Below are positions 52,794 to 63,702 of a DNA stretch of 64,000 nucleotides, piece by piece (the first letter of the stretch is position 1; each line of letters opens with the position of its first letter). The notes beneath the pieces are model-generated. The model did not search any database and was not told the origin of the DNA. It saw only the letters and a list, made by a program, of their open reading frames with translations. The stretch comes from Candidatus Bathyarchaeota archaeon (GTDB lineage Archaea; Thermoproteota; Bathyarchaeia; Bathyarchaeales; Bathycorpusculaceae), in NCBI GenBank assembly GCA_963806535.1, contig CAWDYC010000007.1, forward strand, positions 333,043 through 397,042. Direction: 5' to 3'. A program made the translations under genes and the position numbers.

Positions 52794-52911
52794 TAAGTTA
52801 TGAAAATTGCGTTTATTATTTAAAATCTTGTTATAGGCGCTATACAGTCACATAATCTTAAACCGCTATCCGATACATTTTTAGTGTTGTTTTTAGAAAA
52901 AGGGTGAAAAA

Positions 52912-53235
52912 ATGAAGTTAGTTGCACGTGAAGTAGAAAAAATGATGATTTTCACTGCTGCACGAATGGCTGAGCGAAGAATGAAAGACGGGCTAAAACT
53001 GAATTATCCCGAAGCGGTCGCACTCATAGCTGATTATGTGCAAGAAGGAGCTAGAAGAGGCGTAATGGTGGCTAAAATAGCCAAAGATGCGAGGCATGTT
53101 TTGACGATGGATGACGTGATGCCTAACGTAGCCGATATGATAACTCTAGTGCAGGTGGAGGCAACTTTTCCAGACGGAACAAAACTAGTAAGCGTACATA
53201 ACCCAATCCAACCAAAGGAGGAACACAAGAAATGA
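52912..53235 (+). CDS. ureA: Urease gamma subunit
   Basis: [27 protein letters not shown]. Confidence 0.97.
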   Translation: MKLVAREVEKMMIFTAARMAERRMKDGLKLNYPEAVALIADYVQEGARRGVMVAKIAKDARHVLTMDDVMPNVADMITLVQVEATFPDGTKLVSVHNPIQPKEEHKK

Positions 53236-53609
53236 CCCCAAACACAGTAGGCCAAATAACCCTAGGAAAAGGAGACATAGAGGCATTCCAAAATAGAAAA
53301 TCAATTAAAATGAAAGTAAAGAACACTGGTGACCGAGGGATCCAAGTGGGTTCACACTTCCACTTCTTTGAAGCGAACAGGGCATTAGACTTTGACAGAG
53401 AAAAGGCATATGGCATGAAACTTGCAATTCCAGCAGGTACAAGCGTAAGATTTGAACCAGGCCAAGAAAAAGAAGTTACGCTTGTAGAATACGGAGGCAA
53501 AAAGTACATCCATGGATTCAACAACCTCGTCGACGGCAGTGTACGAACCATATACCGAAAAGATAGGGCACTTAGAAAAGCTAAGGAACTTAAATTCAAA
53601 GGAGCCTGA
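53232..53609 (+). CDS. ureB: Urease beta subunit
   Basis: [31 protein letters not shown]. Confidence 0.97.
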   Translation: MTPNTVGQITLGKGDIEAFQNRKSIKMKVKNTGDRGIQVGSHFHFFEANRALDFDREKAYGMKLAIPAGTSVRFEPGQEKEVTLVEYGGKKYIHGFNNLVDGSVRTIYRKDRALRKAKELKFKGA

Positions 53610-53614
53610 AAAAA

Positions 53615-55330
53615 ATGAAAATTCCACGAAAACAATACTTAGACTTGTATGGACCCACAGCCGGCGATAAAATTCAATTAGCAGACACAAACTTGATCAT
53701 TGAAGTAGAAAAAGATTGTACGTCATTTGGCGATGAGCTAGTCTTCGGTGGTGGAAAGACTGCTAGACAAGGAATGGGCTTAGCGGCTGGGACTACACAG
53801 GCAGATGGAGCTCTTGACCATGTTATCACCAACGTTGTAGTGTTGGATGCGATACTGGGTGTTGTCAAAGCTGACATAGGCATTAGAAACGGGGTGATTG
53901 CCGGAATTGGAAAAGCTGGAAATCCAAGTACAATGGATAACGTCACTGAAAACATGGTCGTAAGCAACTCAACCGAAGTAACTGCTGGAGAAGGACTGAT
54001 AGCCACTGCTGGATTCTTCGATACACATGTACATATGATATCTCCACAGCAAGTATACCATGCAATTGGAAATGGTATAACAACCTATATCGGCGGAGGC
54101 ACAGGACCTGCGGATGGAACAAACGCAACGACCTGTACACCTGGACCTTGGAACATAAGAAAAATGATAGAAGCATGTGAAGGATTACCAATCAACTGGC
54201 TTTTTCTAGGCAAAGCAAATGATAGTAAATCAGACACTATAGTTGAACAACTTGCTGCAGGAGCTGGAGGACTTAAAATGCATGAAGACTGGGGAGCTAC
54301 ACGGGCATCCTTGGACACTGGTTTAAGTGTAGCAGACGAATATGACGTTCAAATAGCGATACACACGGATTCACTAAACGAAGGAGGCTACGTTGACGAC
54401 TCCATCGATGCAATAGACGGAAGGACAGTACACACATACCACACGGAAGGTGCAGGAGGCGGACATGCCCCCGACATTATGAAAATAGCTGGAGAACCCA
54501 ATGCATTACCCTCCTCAACAAACCCCACGAGACCGTATACCGTCAATACTTTAGATGAACATCTTGACATGGTCATGGTAACTCACCACCTCAATCCTAA
54601 AGTCCCTGAAGATGTAGCATTTGCCGAATCAAGAATCAGAGCCGAAACGATAGCAGCAGAAGACGTATTCCACGATTGGGGCATTCTCAGCATGTATTCA
54701 GCGGACAGCCAAGCAATGGGTAGAACAGGAGAAGTCTCAACTAGATGCTGGCAGACTGCACACAAAATGAAAGAACAATTTGGCAAACTTCCTGAAGATG
54801 TTCCAGGAAATGACAACTTTAGAGTTTTGAGATACTTAGCTAAGCTGAACATAAACCCAGCAATAACAAACGGCGTTTCAGATTACGTGGGTAGTCTTGA
54901 AAAAGGAAAAATGGCTGATATAGTACTATGGGATCCAAGATTCTTTGGAGCAAAGCCAAACATAGTTTTCAAGGGAGGCTTCATAGCCTACGCAATGATG
55001 GGTGACCCCAATGCTTCAGTTCCACCAGTTGAACCAGTTTTCTTCAGGCCCATGTTTGGCGGATTCGGTTTAGCAAGATCGACAACATCAGCACTATTCA
55101 CATCAAAATTAGCTATTGAAAATGGTATCAAAGAAAAATACGGCATAAAACGCCAAGTTCTACCAGTATACAACGTAAGAAACTTGGGCAAGCAACACAT
55201 GATACGGAACAGCACACTCGGCGAAATAAAAATCGACCCGGAAACATACAAAGTAACATTCAATGGTAAGCCGGCAACTTGTGAACCTGCAAAAACATTA
55301 CCTTTAACTCAGCTCTATCATCTAGTATAG
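53615..55330 (+). CDS. ureC: Urease alpha subunit
   Basis: [37 protein letters not shown]. Confidence 0.98.
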   Translation: MKIPRKQYLDLYGPTAGDKIQLADTNLIIEVEKDCTSFGDELVFGGGKTARQGMGLAAGTTQADGALDHVITNVVVLDAILGVVKADIGIRNGVIAGIGKAGNPSTMDNVTENMVVSNSTEVTAGEGLIATAGFFDTHVHMISPQQVYHAIGNGITTYIGGGTGPADGTNATTCTPGPWNIRKMIEACEGLPINWLFLGKANDSKSDTIVEQLAAGAGGLKMHEDWGATRASLDTGLSVADEYDVQIAIHTDSLNEGGYVDDSIDAIDGRTVHTYHTEGAGGGHAPDIMKIAGEPNALPSSTNPTRPYTVNTLDEHLDMVMVTHHLNPKVPEDVAFAESRIRAETIAAEDVFHDWGILSMYSADSQAMGRTGEVSTRCWQTAHKMKEQFGKLPEDVPGNDNFRVLRYLAKLNINPAITNGVSDYVGSLEKGKMADIVLWDPRFFGAKPNIVFKGGFIAYAMMGDPNASVPPVEPVFFRPMFGGFGLARSTTSALFTSKLAIENGIKEKYGIKRQVLPVYNVRNLGKQHMIRNSTLGEIKIDPETYKVTFNGKPATCEPAKTLPLTQLYHLV

Positions 55331-55368
55331 ACGCTGAGTCTTCCATCTTTTTTTGGAGCAAGGATAAT

Positions 55369-55722
55369 TTGATTAGACATTTTACATTAATTTCCAATGT
55401 GAAAAACGGAGAAGTAATTGATCCCCAAAAAGTTAAACATGGAGAAATTACCGCTCTTAAAATTTCAAATCTTTCCGGTTGGATTGATCCACAGACTCAT
55501 TTAAATTTAGATTTTCCCAAACATTTGATGCGAGAAGTGTACATAGCAGAGAACTTAGAGTTAAACAGCAAGATAATAACAGAGGACGAAAGGTTAATGG
55601 TTGTCCTTGTGAGTCCCCAAGCATACAAGCATTTAGGTTTTGTTGATGAAGCCGAAAGGACCGAACAGCTAAGAGAAGCAATTTCAAAAGAAACTAAATA
55701 CAAAGAGAAGGTTGTTGAATGA
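55369..55722 (+). CDS. Hypothetical protein inside the urease operon
   Basis: 117 aa; GGAG/AGGA upstream; ATGA overlap with ureE. Confidence 0.6.
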   Translation: MIRHFTLISNVKNGEVIDPQKVKHGEITALKISNLSGWIDPQTHLNLDFPKHLMREVYIAENLELNSKIITEDERLMVVLVSPQAYKHLGFVDEAERTEQLREAISKETKYKEKVVE

Positions 55723-56195
55723 TTGTTTTTGAAAAATTAGCAAATCAAGTCAATGTCGAAAAGCCTAAAGAAGTCACAACTAATAGGCAAGATGCAATGA
55801 GGGGTAGAGTAAGAACTAAGGTAAGCGATGGAGACGATCTGATAATCAATTTGCCCAGAGGCCAATCTATTATGCAAGGTGACATTTTCGGGCCTTCAGA
55901 AAAAGGAGACTATTATAGAATTCTCATCGAACCTGAACTTGTAATAAAGGTTACTTTGGACGAATTACAAAGCAATGATCTTATAGAGAAAGCAGTAAAA
56001 TTGGGTTACAATTTAGGTAATCGGCATCTTGAGGTTTTGATGGAAGATAACGCTGTATTTGTTCCAGTTACAATAGGCGAAGAAAAAGTCAGGAAAATAC
56101 TGGAATCAATGAAGTTGCCAATCTCCTTCGAACCAGTTCAAAAAGTAATATCCATGTCTTCAAAAGGATATCATGCAGGGGAAGAGGAGGAATAA
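55719..56195 (+). CDS. ureE: Urease accessory protein UreE
   Basis: LGYNLGNRH; no His-rich tail. Confidence 0.85.
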   Translation: MIVFEKLANQVNVEKPKEVTTNRQDAMRGRVRTKVSDGDDLIINLPRGQSIMQGDIFGPSEKGDYYRILIEPELVIKVTLDELQSNDLIEKAVKLGYNLGNRHLEVLMEDNAVFVPVTIGEEKVRKILESMKLPISFEPVQKVISMSSKGYHAGEEEE

Positions 56196-56198
56196 TTT

Positions 56199-56867
56199 TT
56201 GACTGAAGACGAAAAACTTTTAAATTTACTGAGAACCTCCGATTCCTTTTTTCCAATGGGCTCCTTCGCTATGTCACAAGGAATGGAACAGGTAATAAAT
56301 GAAAATTTATTGCCTAAAGAAAAAGTTGCAAAAATAATAAACATTTATTTAGAAAAAATTTGGAAAACATTTGATCTTGGTATCTTCTACAAAGCCTTGG
56401 AAGCAATCGAAAAAAAAGATATTGAATTATTAAAGAAAATTGATGAAATCTGTTATTCTTCTAAAGTTACTGAAGAAAATAGGTCAGCAATCGTCAAGAT
56501 GGGACGAAGCATGATGAATGCAACTGAATTCAACGAAGACTCTATAGGGAAAACTTACAAAGGCCTTATCAAATCTGATGCTGCCAACGGAACGTACCCA
56601 GTTGTTTTAGCGCTTGTTTCCGTTCAGTTCAATTTCAAAGATTTAGGTGCTTTATCTCTTTTGTATGTTAATTTAATGGAAGTTATCGCTTCGTTAGTCA
56701 GAATGGGAATAATCGATTATATAGAAGCTCAAAAGATTCTGATTAACTCAGTAAAATCAATTCAGGTAAAGCCCTTAAAGTTAGCTGATTTAAATCAAAC
56801 TTTTCCATTGGCTGACATTGCCTCTATGAGGCACGAATTAAGCCCAAGTAGAATGTTCATGAGTTAA
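56199..56867 (+). CDS. ureF: Urease accessory protein UreF
   Basis: DSFFPMGSFAMSQGME, C-terminal HE..RMFMS. Confidence 0.9.
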   Translation: MTEDEKLLNLLRTSDSFFPMGSFAMSQGMEQVINENLLPKEKVAKIINIYLEKIWKTFDLGIFYKALEAIEKKDIELLKKIDEICYSSKVTEENRSAIVKMGRSMMNATEFNEDSIGKTYKGLIKSDAANGTYPVVLALVSVQFNFKDLGALSLLYVNLMEVIASLVRMGIIDYIEAQKILINSVKSIQVKPLKLADLNQTFPLADIASMRHELSPSRMFMS

Positions 56868-56889
56868 AAAAAGGAGCTTGATATGAAAA

Positions 56890-57534
56890 ATGAGTAGAAC
56901 TGTAAGAATTGGAATTGGCGGCGCAATTGGCTGCGGAAAAACCGAATTAATTGAGAAACTAGTTCCTAAATTAGTCGAGCAAGGTTTTAAGGTTGGAGCA
57001 ATATCAAACGATGTTTACTCCAAAGAAGATGCACGGCGACTCGCTGCAAGACTTGGCAAAGATATTGACCCCAATTTAATTTTAGGAATAGAAACGGGAG
57101 GATGTCCACATACAGCAGTAAGAGATGACCCGTCGATGAACATAGATGCTGCTGAGAAACTTGAGAAAGACAATCCTGGCTTGGATGTTATCTTGATAGA
57201 ATCTGGAGGAGACAATATAACATTAACGTTTAGTCCCAAATTGGCAGACTTTTTCATTTATATGGTCGATGTAGCTGGTGGAGACAAAACGATACGAAAA
57301 GGAGGTTTAGGAATTAAGAAATCTGACTTACTGTTGATTAACAAAATAGATCTGGCTCCCTACGTTGAATCTACGATTTTGGAATCAGGCGTGAAGACTG
57401 CTAACCTTGACCTTATGATGCAAGATGCAAAGAAACTAAGAGGCGATAAACCCACTCTTTTGTTGTCGCTAAAAGATGGGATAGGCTTGGATGAATTAGT
57501 AAAAATAATAAGAGAAAAGGCACTCTTCAAATGA
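56890..57534 (+). CDS. ureG: Urease accessory GTPase UreG
   Basis: GCGKT, ETGGCPH, ESGGDN, NKID. Confidence 0.95.
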   Translation: MSRTVRIGIGGAIGCGKTELIEKLVPKLVEQGFKVGAISNDVYSKEDARRLAARLGKDIDPNLILGIETGGCPHTAVRDDPSMNIDAAEKLEKDNPGLDVILIESGGDNITLTFSPKLADFFIYMVDVAGGDKTIRKGGLGIKKSDLLLINKIDLAPYVESTILESGVKTANLDLMMQDAKKLRGDKPTLLLSLKDGIGLDELVKIIREKALFK

Positions 57535-58439
57535 CTCAGGAAGTCGTTAAAGACGTGATTCAAGATTTAATGGGCTTACCGTCAGCTTTCTCGGAATATG
57601 AAGGAGAACAAACAAGACTTGCAGTTGGGTCGGCAGGCAAAAACGCTGTTGCCAAATTGACATTCACGAAATTCGGCGATAAAACATATCTTACTGACAT
57701 TTACAATGAAGTTCCAGCAAAAATTCTCAGAGAACTCTACTATGATCCCTATCTGCCAGGTTTGCCCTATATTCTTTTCATGAACCCAACAGGCGGAATA
57801 GTGCAGGGAGACCGTTATTTTTACGAGATTCAACTAAGAGACGGTGCGGAAGCATTCATAACCGATACAATGTCCACAAAAGTTTACAAAATGGATTTGA
57901 ACTATGCAAGCAAAGAGATAGATGTTCATCTTGGAGAGAACAGTCGTTTGGAGTTTCTGCCAAGGGAAACTATGGTTTTTGTTGATTCCCGTTGGTTTCA
58001 AAGAGTAACGTTTCATGTGAGCGATGGCTCAAAATTTTTGTATTGTGATATATTTTGTCCTGGTCGAATTGAACGGGGCGAATTTTGGGACTTTGAAATT
58101 TACTCCTCAAAAGTAATCATTGAAAAAGACAAAAAACTTGTACTTAATGAAAGTACAACATTCACAAAGGATGACAAAAATTCTCTCGACATTATTTTTG
58201 GAAATAACAAGTTTTACCTGAAAGCATACTGGTATTCAGACAACGCTATTAACGCCAAGAAACAGATTGATTTTCAAAATACGTTTGGTGGAGCCACAGA
58301 AATGGCTAACAATCAGGGGCTCATAATAAAAGCGCTTTCGAATGACTTAAACGAGTTAAAGCAAATTCAAAGTGACATCTGGAAGGTTTTTAGAAAAACC
58401 GAGACTGGGTTGGAAGTTCCCGAGCTTCGAATGTATTGA
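57531..58439 (+). CDS. ureD: Urease accessory protein UreD
   Basis: NPTGGIVQGD, TKVYKM, LEFLP, PGR..RGE. Confidence 0.9.
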   Translation: MTQEVVKDVIQDLMGLPSAFSEYEGEQTRLAVGSAGKNAVAKLTFTKFGDKTYLTDIYNEVPAKILRELYYDPYLPGLPYILFMNPTGGIVQGDRYFYEIQLRDGAEAFITDTMSTKVYKMDLNYASKEIDVHLGENSRLEFLPRETMVFVDSRWFQRVTFHVSDGSKFLYCDIFCPGRIERGEFWDFEIYSSKVIIEKDKKLVLNESTTFTKDDKNSLDIIFGNNKFYLKAYWYSDNAINAKKQIDFQNTFGGATEMANNQGLIIKALSNDLNELKQIQSDIWKVFRKTETGLEVPELRMY

Positions 58440-58651
58440 CTTATCATAAAGCTCGTGTCATGATTAAATCGAATTGTTTAATTGTTCTTTGAATGGGTAT
58501 TATATTCATGGACTTCCGTTAGAATAAATGGAAAAGCATTGATTATTCAAAATTCTACAGATGTACTATGGCCATGATAAAAGTGATTGGAAAATGTCCC
58601 CTTATGAAATCCGAAGAAAACAAAAGAATCGTTTCTTGGAATTGTTAAAAG

Positions 58652-59420
58652 ATGATCTCGGAATTTGAGGTCCCTTGGAAAAAGGATTTTGACGATCCAA
58701 AACTTGAGTTCAGGCGACTATTCTCAGAGGCTCTGGGAACATTTTTTCTTGTCTTGGTGGCTGTTGGCGGAAATGTAGTTTACCTAATGTACCCAGGAGC
58801 AATTAAGCCTATTGCAGGCGTCATAGCGCCTGGTTTTATGGTGATGGCGATTATTCTGTATATGGGAAATGCTTCTGGTGCGCACCTAAATCCAGTTGTT
58901 AGCATAGCTTTTGCTGACTCGGGGTGACTTCCCATCGCGTAGAGTCCCAGGATACATAATAGCGCAATTGACTGGATCGGTTATTGCATGTCTAATTTTA
59001 TTTTCTATGTTTGGTAAGGTAGGCACATTTGGAGCAACTCTACCAGGAGTTGGAATAAATGGTTTCCAGGCATTTTTAATGGAGATTATACTTACGATTG
59101 GTTTAGTGAGCACGATTTTGGGAACTGCGTCAAAAGCTCAGAATGTCGGGCCTCTTTCAGCTATTGCTATCGGCGGTTACATAATACTAGCAGGGCTTTG
59201 GGCGAGTCCTATAAGCGGTGCATAGATGAATCCAGCTAGGTCTTTTGGTCCTCAACTAATATTGTTAAATTTTGCTCATTTCTGGTTGTATGTTTTGGGA
59301 CCGATTATTGGTGGATTAGTTGCGGTTGGGTTCGCCTATATTCTTCGGGGACAAGGTGGAGACATTGGGGGAATCAAAGCTGCTCAAGGAACTCTTGATG
59401 AGGCGCAAACATCGAAATAA
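58652..59420 (+). pseudogene. Aquaporin/MIP channel interrupted by a frameshift (~58915) and an in-frame TAG (59223-59225)
   Basis: EALGTF, SGAHLNPV, SGA*MNPARSFGP; could be a true pseudogene or assembly error. Confidence 0.8.
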
Positions 59421-59625
59421 TTATTGTTTGCCCCTTGACTTTTCTTCTGGTCAGAAAAATTCTTGGCACAACAGTTATCTGAATACCGATTTCTTGACAT
59501 TGTCGTGAGTAGCAAAAATGTGAATGACAATGGAAGAAGGAATTAAGGAAATGCGTAAGCATTATGGTATTGTTTCAAACCTTTGAAAAGATGTTCGCAA
59601 CTTTTAAATAGCAATCAGGTATCTT

Positions 59626-60474
59626 TTGCCCAACATAGCAAGGGATAATACGAAAAGAAAAATATCAAAAATGCTGGATATAATGGGTTTCCTCTTTGCC
59701 ATTTTAATTGCCGCAACTTTCTTCCAAACAACACAAATTAAAACAGTTATTGCTGACACAACGACTTCAATACCCGAATATTCTGCAAACTCCATTCCTG
59801 CTTACGCCTTTAATGGAGCTTACGTCACATACACTCTCAACGACTACATTGACCGCAAAGTAACTTTTACCATCAGTGAAGTCAATACGACTTCTCAAAC
59901 ATTCAAGGTATCTTGGAGTTTCATTGGATCCTGGGACTTCAAAGGGTCAGGTTCAAGTGAAGTGATATCGTTTGCGAATATTTCGCCATTTCCAAATAAC
60001 ACGTCAAAGAGCCCTTTCTCAGCAGCCAGTTTTGTCGACCTTCAAATGCTAAACAAAGGTGAAATCCCGGCAGATATGCCCGTTAACGTTGCTGTCAAAT
60101 CCAACCAGTCTACTTACGCGTTGGGCGGATATTATTTCAACACGGATGAGCTCCAGATACCAAGCGACGCTACTAATGGTACGGATGGTTTTTCTGTCTT
60201 CATTGACATGCATTCCGGTTTGACAGTTGTTGATGACTTTGGAGATAATGGGGCAGCATGGGGCATCGCTTACGGACAGCTGAGCTTAGTCAATACAAAC
60301 ATCCCTATGACGACAACTGTTAGACCTTCTGCATCTTCATCACCGTCATTTACTGAGTCTCTTAACCAAGTGAACATTGCTACTATTGCAGGAATATCGG
60401 TAGCAGTTATGGTTGCAGCGGGTTTAATGATCCACTTCAAAAAACAAAAACGTTACCCATTATTAAGATCATAA
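59626..60474 (+). CDS. Secreted or surface protein with C-terminal membrane anchor
   Basis: N-terminal hydrophobic helix, Ser/Thr-rich linker, C-terminal TM followed by KKQKR. Confidence 0.7.
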   Translation: MPNIARDNTKRKISKMLDIMGFLFAILIAATFFQTTQIKTVIADTTTSIPEYSANSIPAYAFNGAYVTYTLNDYIDRKVTFTISEVNTTSQTFKVSWSFIGSWDFKGSGSSEVISFANISPFPNNTSKSPFSAASFVDLQMLNKGEIPADMPVNVAVKSNQSTYALGGYYFNTDELQIPSDATNGTDGFSVFIDMHSGLTVVDDFGDNGAAWGIAYGQLSLVNTNIPMTTTVRPSASSSPSFTESLNQVNIATIAGISVAVMVAAGLMIHFKKQKRYPLLRS

Positions 60475-60641
60475 CTGAGTCACTATGTGGGGCTGTCACA
60501 TTTGATAGCCAACAGGGTAAAGGAACAAAATTCATAGTACGTTTCCCCCCGCAATAAACGGTAAATGGTCTATGGATGAAAGATGCGAATAAAAAAACAC
60601 ACAAAAAACTATAAGTGATCGTTAAGGTTCTGAACCCGTTC

Positions 60642-62286
60642 CAGACTGTGTGAAAGTCTCTTTCCTTGTTTCCTATTTACCGTTAACCTTAAATCTAGAC
60701 TGCTTTTAAAGCAACTAAAAGAGCGCTGACAGCCATGAGCGAACACATAAACGGAACAAACCGAGACCAAACAGTGCTTTTCCCCGACACTATCGACAAG
60801 TATGTTGACAGAGAAAACCCTGTACGGTTCATCGACGCTTTTGTTGACAGCCTCAACTTGGAAAAACTTGGTTTCAAGCACTCAGTACTGGCTGACACAG
60901 GAAGACCTTCCTACAACCCTTCAGATCTGCTCAAACTCTACGTTTACGGCTACCTCAACCAGGTAAGGTCCAGTAGGAAACTGGAGAAAGAATGCCAACG
61001 CAACGTCGAGGTCATGTAGCTCATGAAGAAGCTATCTCCAGACAATAAAACCATCGCTGACTTCAGAAAAGACAACGTCGACTGCATTAAACCGGTATTC
61101 AAAGAATTCGTTTACCTCTGTAGAAACCTCGATTTGTATGGTGCTCAGACTCGTTGCCATTGATGGCACCAAATTCAAAGCAGTGAACTCAAGAAGTAAT
61201 AACCTCAACGAGAAAGCAGTCGCTTTGAGGCTCAAAAAAACAGAAGAAAAGATAGCAGAGTACCTCAAAGAAATGGACTAAAACGATACAGCTGATTCAG
61301 ATGAAGATGAAAGCGTCAATGTCGATGAGCTTAAGGAGAAAATATGCAAACTTGAAGAGGAAAAGCAACGATACGAGCAGATTCAAGATCAAATGAAGGC
61401 AACATGGCCAGAAGGAGATTTCGCTTGTGGATCCAGATAGCCGTTTGATGCGAGTTGATAGTCAACGGCTTGAAGTTGGCTACAACGTTCAAACGTCAGT
61501 TGACGCAAAGCAGCATCTTATTGTTGATTATGACGTGATAAATATCTCGACTGATCATCATCAGCTAGTTAAGGATGCCTTGGCGCGAAGGAGACTTTGG
61601 TGTGGACAGCTTGATGTTTTGAGCGATAAGGGTTTCTATGTTGAGAAAGACGTCTCTGATTGTGAGGCTAATGGCATTAGGGTTTTCATGCCTATTCCTG
61701 CTGCTTTTAATCCATACAAGAGTGTTGGGGTTCCTGAACCCGGGTTCTACTCCGACCGATTTGTCTACAATGCAGCTAAAGATGTGTATGTTTGTCCTGT
61801 TGGAAATGAGATGCCTTTTTGGAAGCGGAGTAATCGCGGGAAGGGTTTTGATGGTAGGTTATACAGATCGATGTGTTGTGCTTCTTGTTCAGTGAGAGGT
61901 AAGTGCACTAGGAATAAGCGTGGAAGGTACATGTTCAGGGGCGAGTTTGATGGCGCGGTTGATCGTCTGAGGGCTAGGTTGGCTACTTCTGAGGGTAAAG
62001 AGAAGTGTCGCTTGCGGAGGATGTTGGCTGAGCATCCGTTTGGGACTATTAAGCGGGCTTTCAATCAGGGTTATTTGCTTTTGAAGGGATTTAGGAAGGT
62101 TAAGGGAGAGGTTGGGTTTACGATGCTTGCTTACAACATGAGACGAGTCATCAACATTTTTGGAGTTGGAACGATAATAAATTTGATGAAGAAGTAAAAA
62201 AAGAAAACAAGGTAAAAGAGTCTTGCAGATAGTAGTTCGGATGCTAAATTCCCTTTTGAATTAGCTCTGAGTTTTAACACAGTCTG
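60642..62286 (+). mobile_element. IS1182-family insertion sequence
   Basis: 14-bp terminal IR CAGACTGTGTGAAA / TTTAACACAGTCTG (1 mismatch) enclosing a transposase. Confidence 0.88.
60735..62197 (+). pseudogene. IS1182 transposase with stops and frameshifts
   Basis: GRPSYNP, SSRKLE, IDGTK, DPDSR, GYNVQ, DKGF, EHPFGTIK, AYN; internal TAG at 61017 and TAA near 61279. Confidence 0.85.
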
Positions 62287-62290
62287 ATTT

Positions 62291-62316
62291 GGGTCTGAGA
62301 CCCAGCGGCCCCACCA
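62291..62316 (+). other. Degenerate tRNA 3'-end fragment (tRNA-Pro-like) abutting the IS right end
   Basis: GGGTCTGAGACCCAGCGGCCCCACCA: altered T-loop, acceptor strand CGGCCCC, A-CCA. Confidence 0.55.
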
Positions 62317-62429
62317 ACATATGTCCGAAAAAGTACTAGCTTTTTTCTTTAATTCTGTTCTTTTTTCCTCAGCGGACGCTCTATACTGCTTCCAAGCATG
62401 TTTTGGCTAAGCCCAAAGGAGGCAGCTAG

Positions 62430-62687
62430 TTGCAAAAGGCTGATTCTAGTCAAGAGTTTTACCTTAAGGGCATTTATCCCGTGGAGGTTCTTTCTAGCGT
62501 GCAGGATGGGTTAGTTGAGGTTCGGGCGAAAACTACTTTTCTGCGTACCAGCGCATATTCAGAGGGAAAGCGCCAGGTTCGAGTCGGCGTCACTGAAAAG
62601 CGTTGGGTCAGACGAGGCGAGGTTTTGAAAGTACCGTTTCGCCACGTTTGGTCACGTCGCCGTCAGATACCAAAGGGACATGTTTGA
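62430..62687 (+). CDS. Small basic hypothetical protein
   Basis: 85 aa with AAGGAGG upstream of a TTG start. Confidence 0.45.
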   Translation: MQKADSSQEFYLKGIYPVEVLSSVQDGLVEVRAKTTFLRTSAYSEGKRQVRVGVTEKRWVRRGEVLKVPFRHVWSRRRQIPKGHV

Positions 62688-62690
62688 TTA

Positions 62691-62714
62691 TACGTGGGGT
62701 GGGATTTGAACCCC
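62691..62714 (-). other. tRNA 3'-end-like fragment (possibly tRNA-Leu-like)
   Basis: Minus strand GGGGTTCAAATCCCACCCCACGTA; no D arm or anticodon arm upstream. Confidence 0.5.
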
Positions 62715-62958
62715 TTCTGGCCTCGAGGTGTCACTCGCAAGCACTTCTTTTCTTTATGCAGATGACTAAAAAGCGAAACACAATGGAACAAAAAAGCAGC
62801 CGCCAAATACTTTATTATTTACCTCATCCTTAATCGCCAATTGTCCGTATAGTTAAGTTCATCAGGATAGAGGGAGCATTAAATATCATTAATGGCTGGC
62901 ATTATAATGAAGTCACCATTTCCTGAAGGAGGCTTGAATCACGGAATTCTTTGACCTT

Positions 62959-63702
62959 ATGAGCATCTCACACCGCTATATGGAGATACTCAACCCTTCT
63001 ACGTCTGAAAAAGTCATCCAACTCGGCAAACTGCTCAAGTTGAAAAAAGGTAGTCGAGTTATCGACTTCGGTTGTGGTTGTGCCGAACCTCTCACTCTCT
63101 GGGCTGAGGAATTCGGTATTACCGGTATTGGCATCGATATATCGAGGGATTTCTGCGACCGGGCCAGGGATAAACTGGTCAAGAGAGGGTTGTCGGGCCA
63201 AATCGAAATCGTATGCTCCCCCGGGGCTGACTACGTGTTCGAAGAGGGGGCTTTCGATGCCGCAACATGTATTGGGTCAACTTTTGTTTTTGGCGGCTTC
63301 CAGCAGACAATCCAGGCGATGAAGCGGGCCGTGCATCAGAATGGACGCCTCGGCATCGGTGAAACTCACTGGCTTAGCAATCAAGTACATCCGCAATATG
63401 CCCAAAAACAGACAACTACACACACGGAACCAGAACTGGCTCAATTTACCCGAAACGAAGGCTTTGAACTCGAATATATCATCCGTTCCAGCCGCGATGA
63501 CTGGGACAGGTACATTTCGGATAGTTGGTATGGACTGATACGTTGGCTTGAAGAAAATCCCAACCACCCTGATCATGAACAGGTATTCAAACACTTCCGT
63601 ACTGACCAGGATGACTATTTACAGTTCCAAAGTCCATATATGGGCTGGGCTATGTACTGCCTCGCCCCTCTGAAATCTCATCTGCCAAGCGGTCAATTAT
63701 AA
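62959..63702 (+). CDS. Class I SAM-dependent methyltransferase (YjhP-like)
   Basis: ILNP..LG..VIDFGCG..WAEEFGITGIGID, FDAATCIGST. Confidence 0.85.
   Translation: MSISHRYMEILNPSTSEKVIQLGKLLKLKKGSRVIDFGCGCAEPLTLWAEEFGITGIGIDISRDFCDRARDKLVKRGLSGQIEIVCSPGADYVFEEGAFDAATCIGSTFVFGGFQQTIQAMKRAVHQNGRLGIGETHWLSNQVHPQYAQKQTTTHTEPELAQFTRNEGFELEYIIRSSRDDWDRYISDSWYGLIRWLEENPNHPDHEQVFKHFRTDQDDYLQFQSPYMGWAMYCLAPLKSHLPSGQL

Noticed and set aside
59223-61019. Amber readthrough (pyrrolysine or recoding) at in-frame TAGs in the aquaporin and transposase
   Set aside because: The TAGs sit where Ser (TCG) and Trp (TGG) are expected, both genes have other lesions, and TAG ends many normal genes here
42366-62714. 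Intact tRNA genes at the GTTCGAA/GTTCAAA motifs
   Set aside because: Only the T-arm and 3' acceptor strand are present; no D arm, anticodon arm or matching 5' strand nearby
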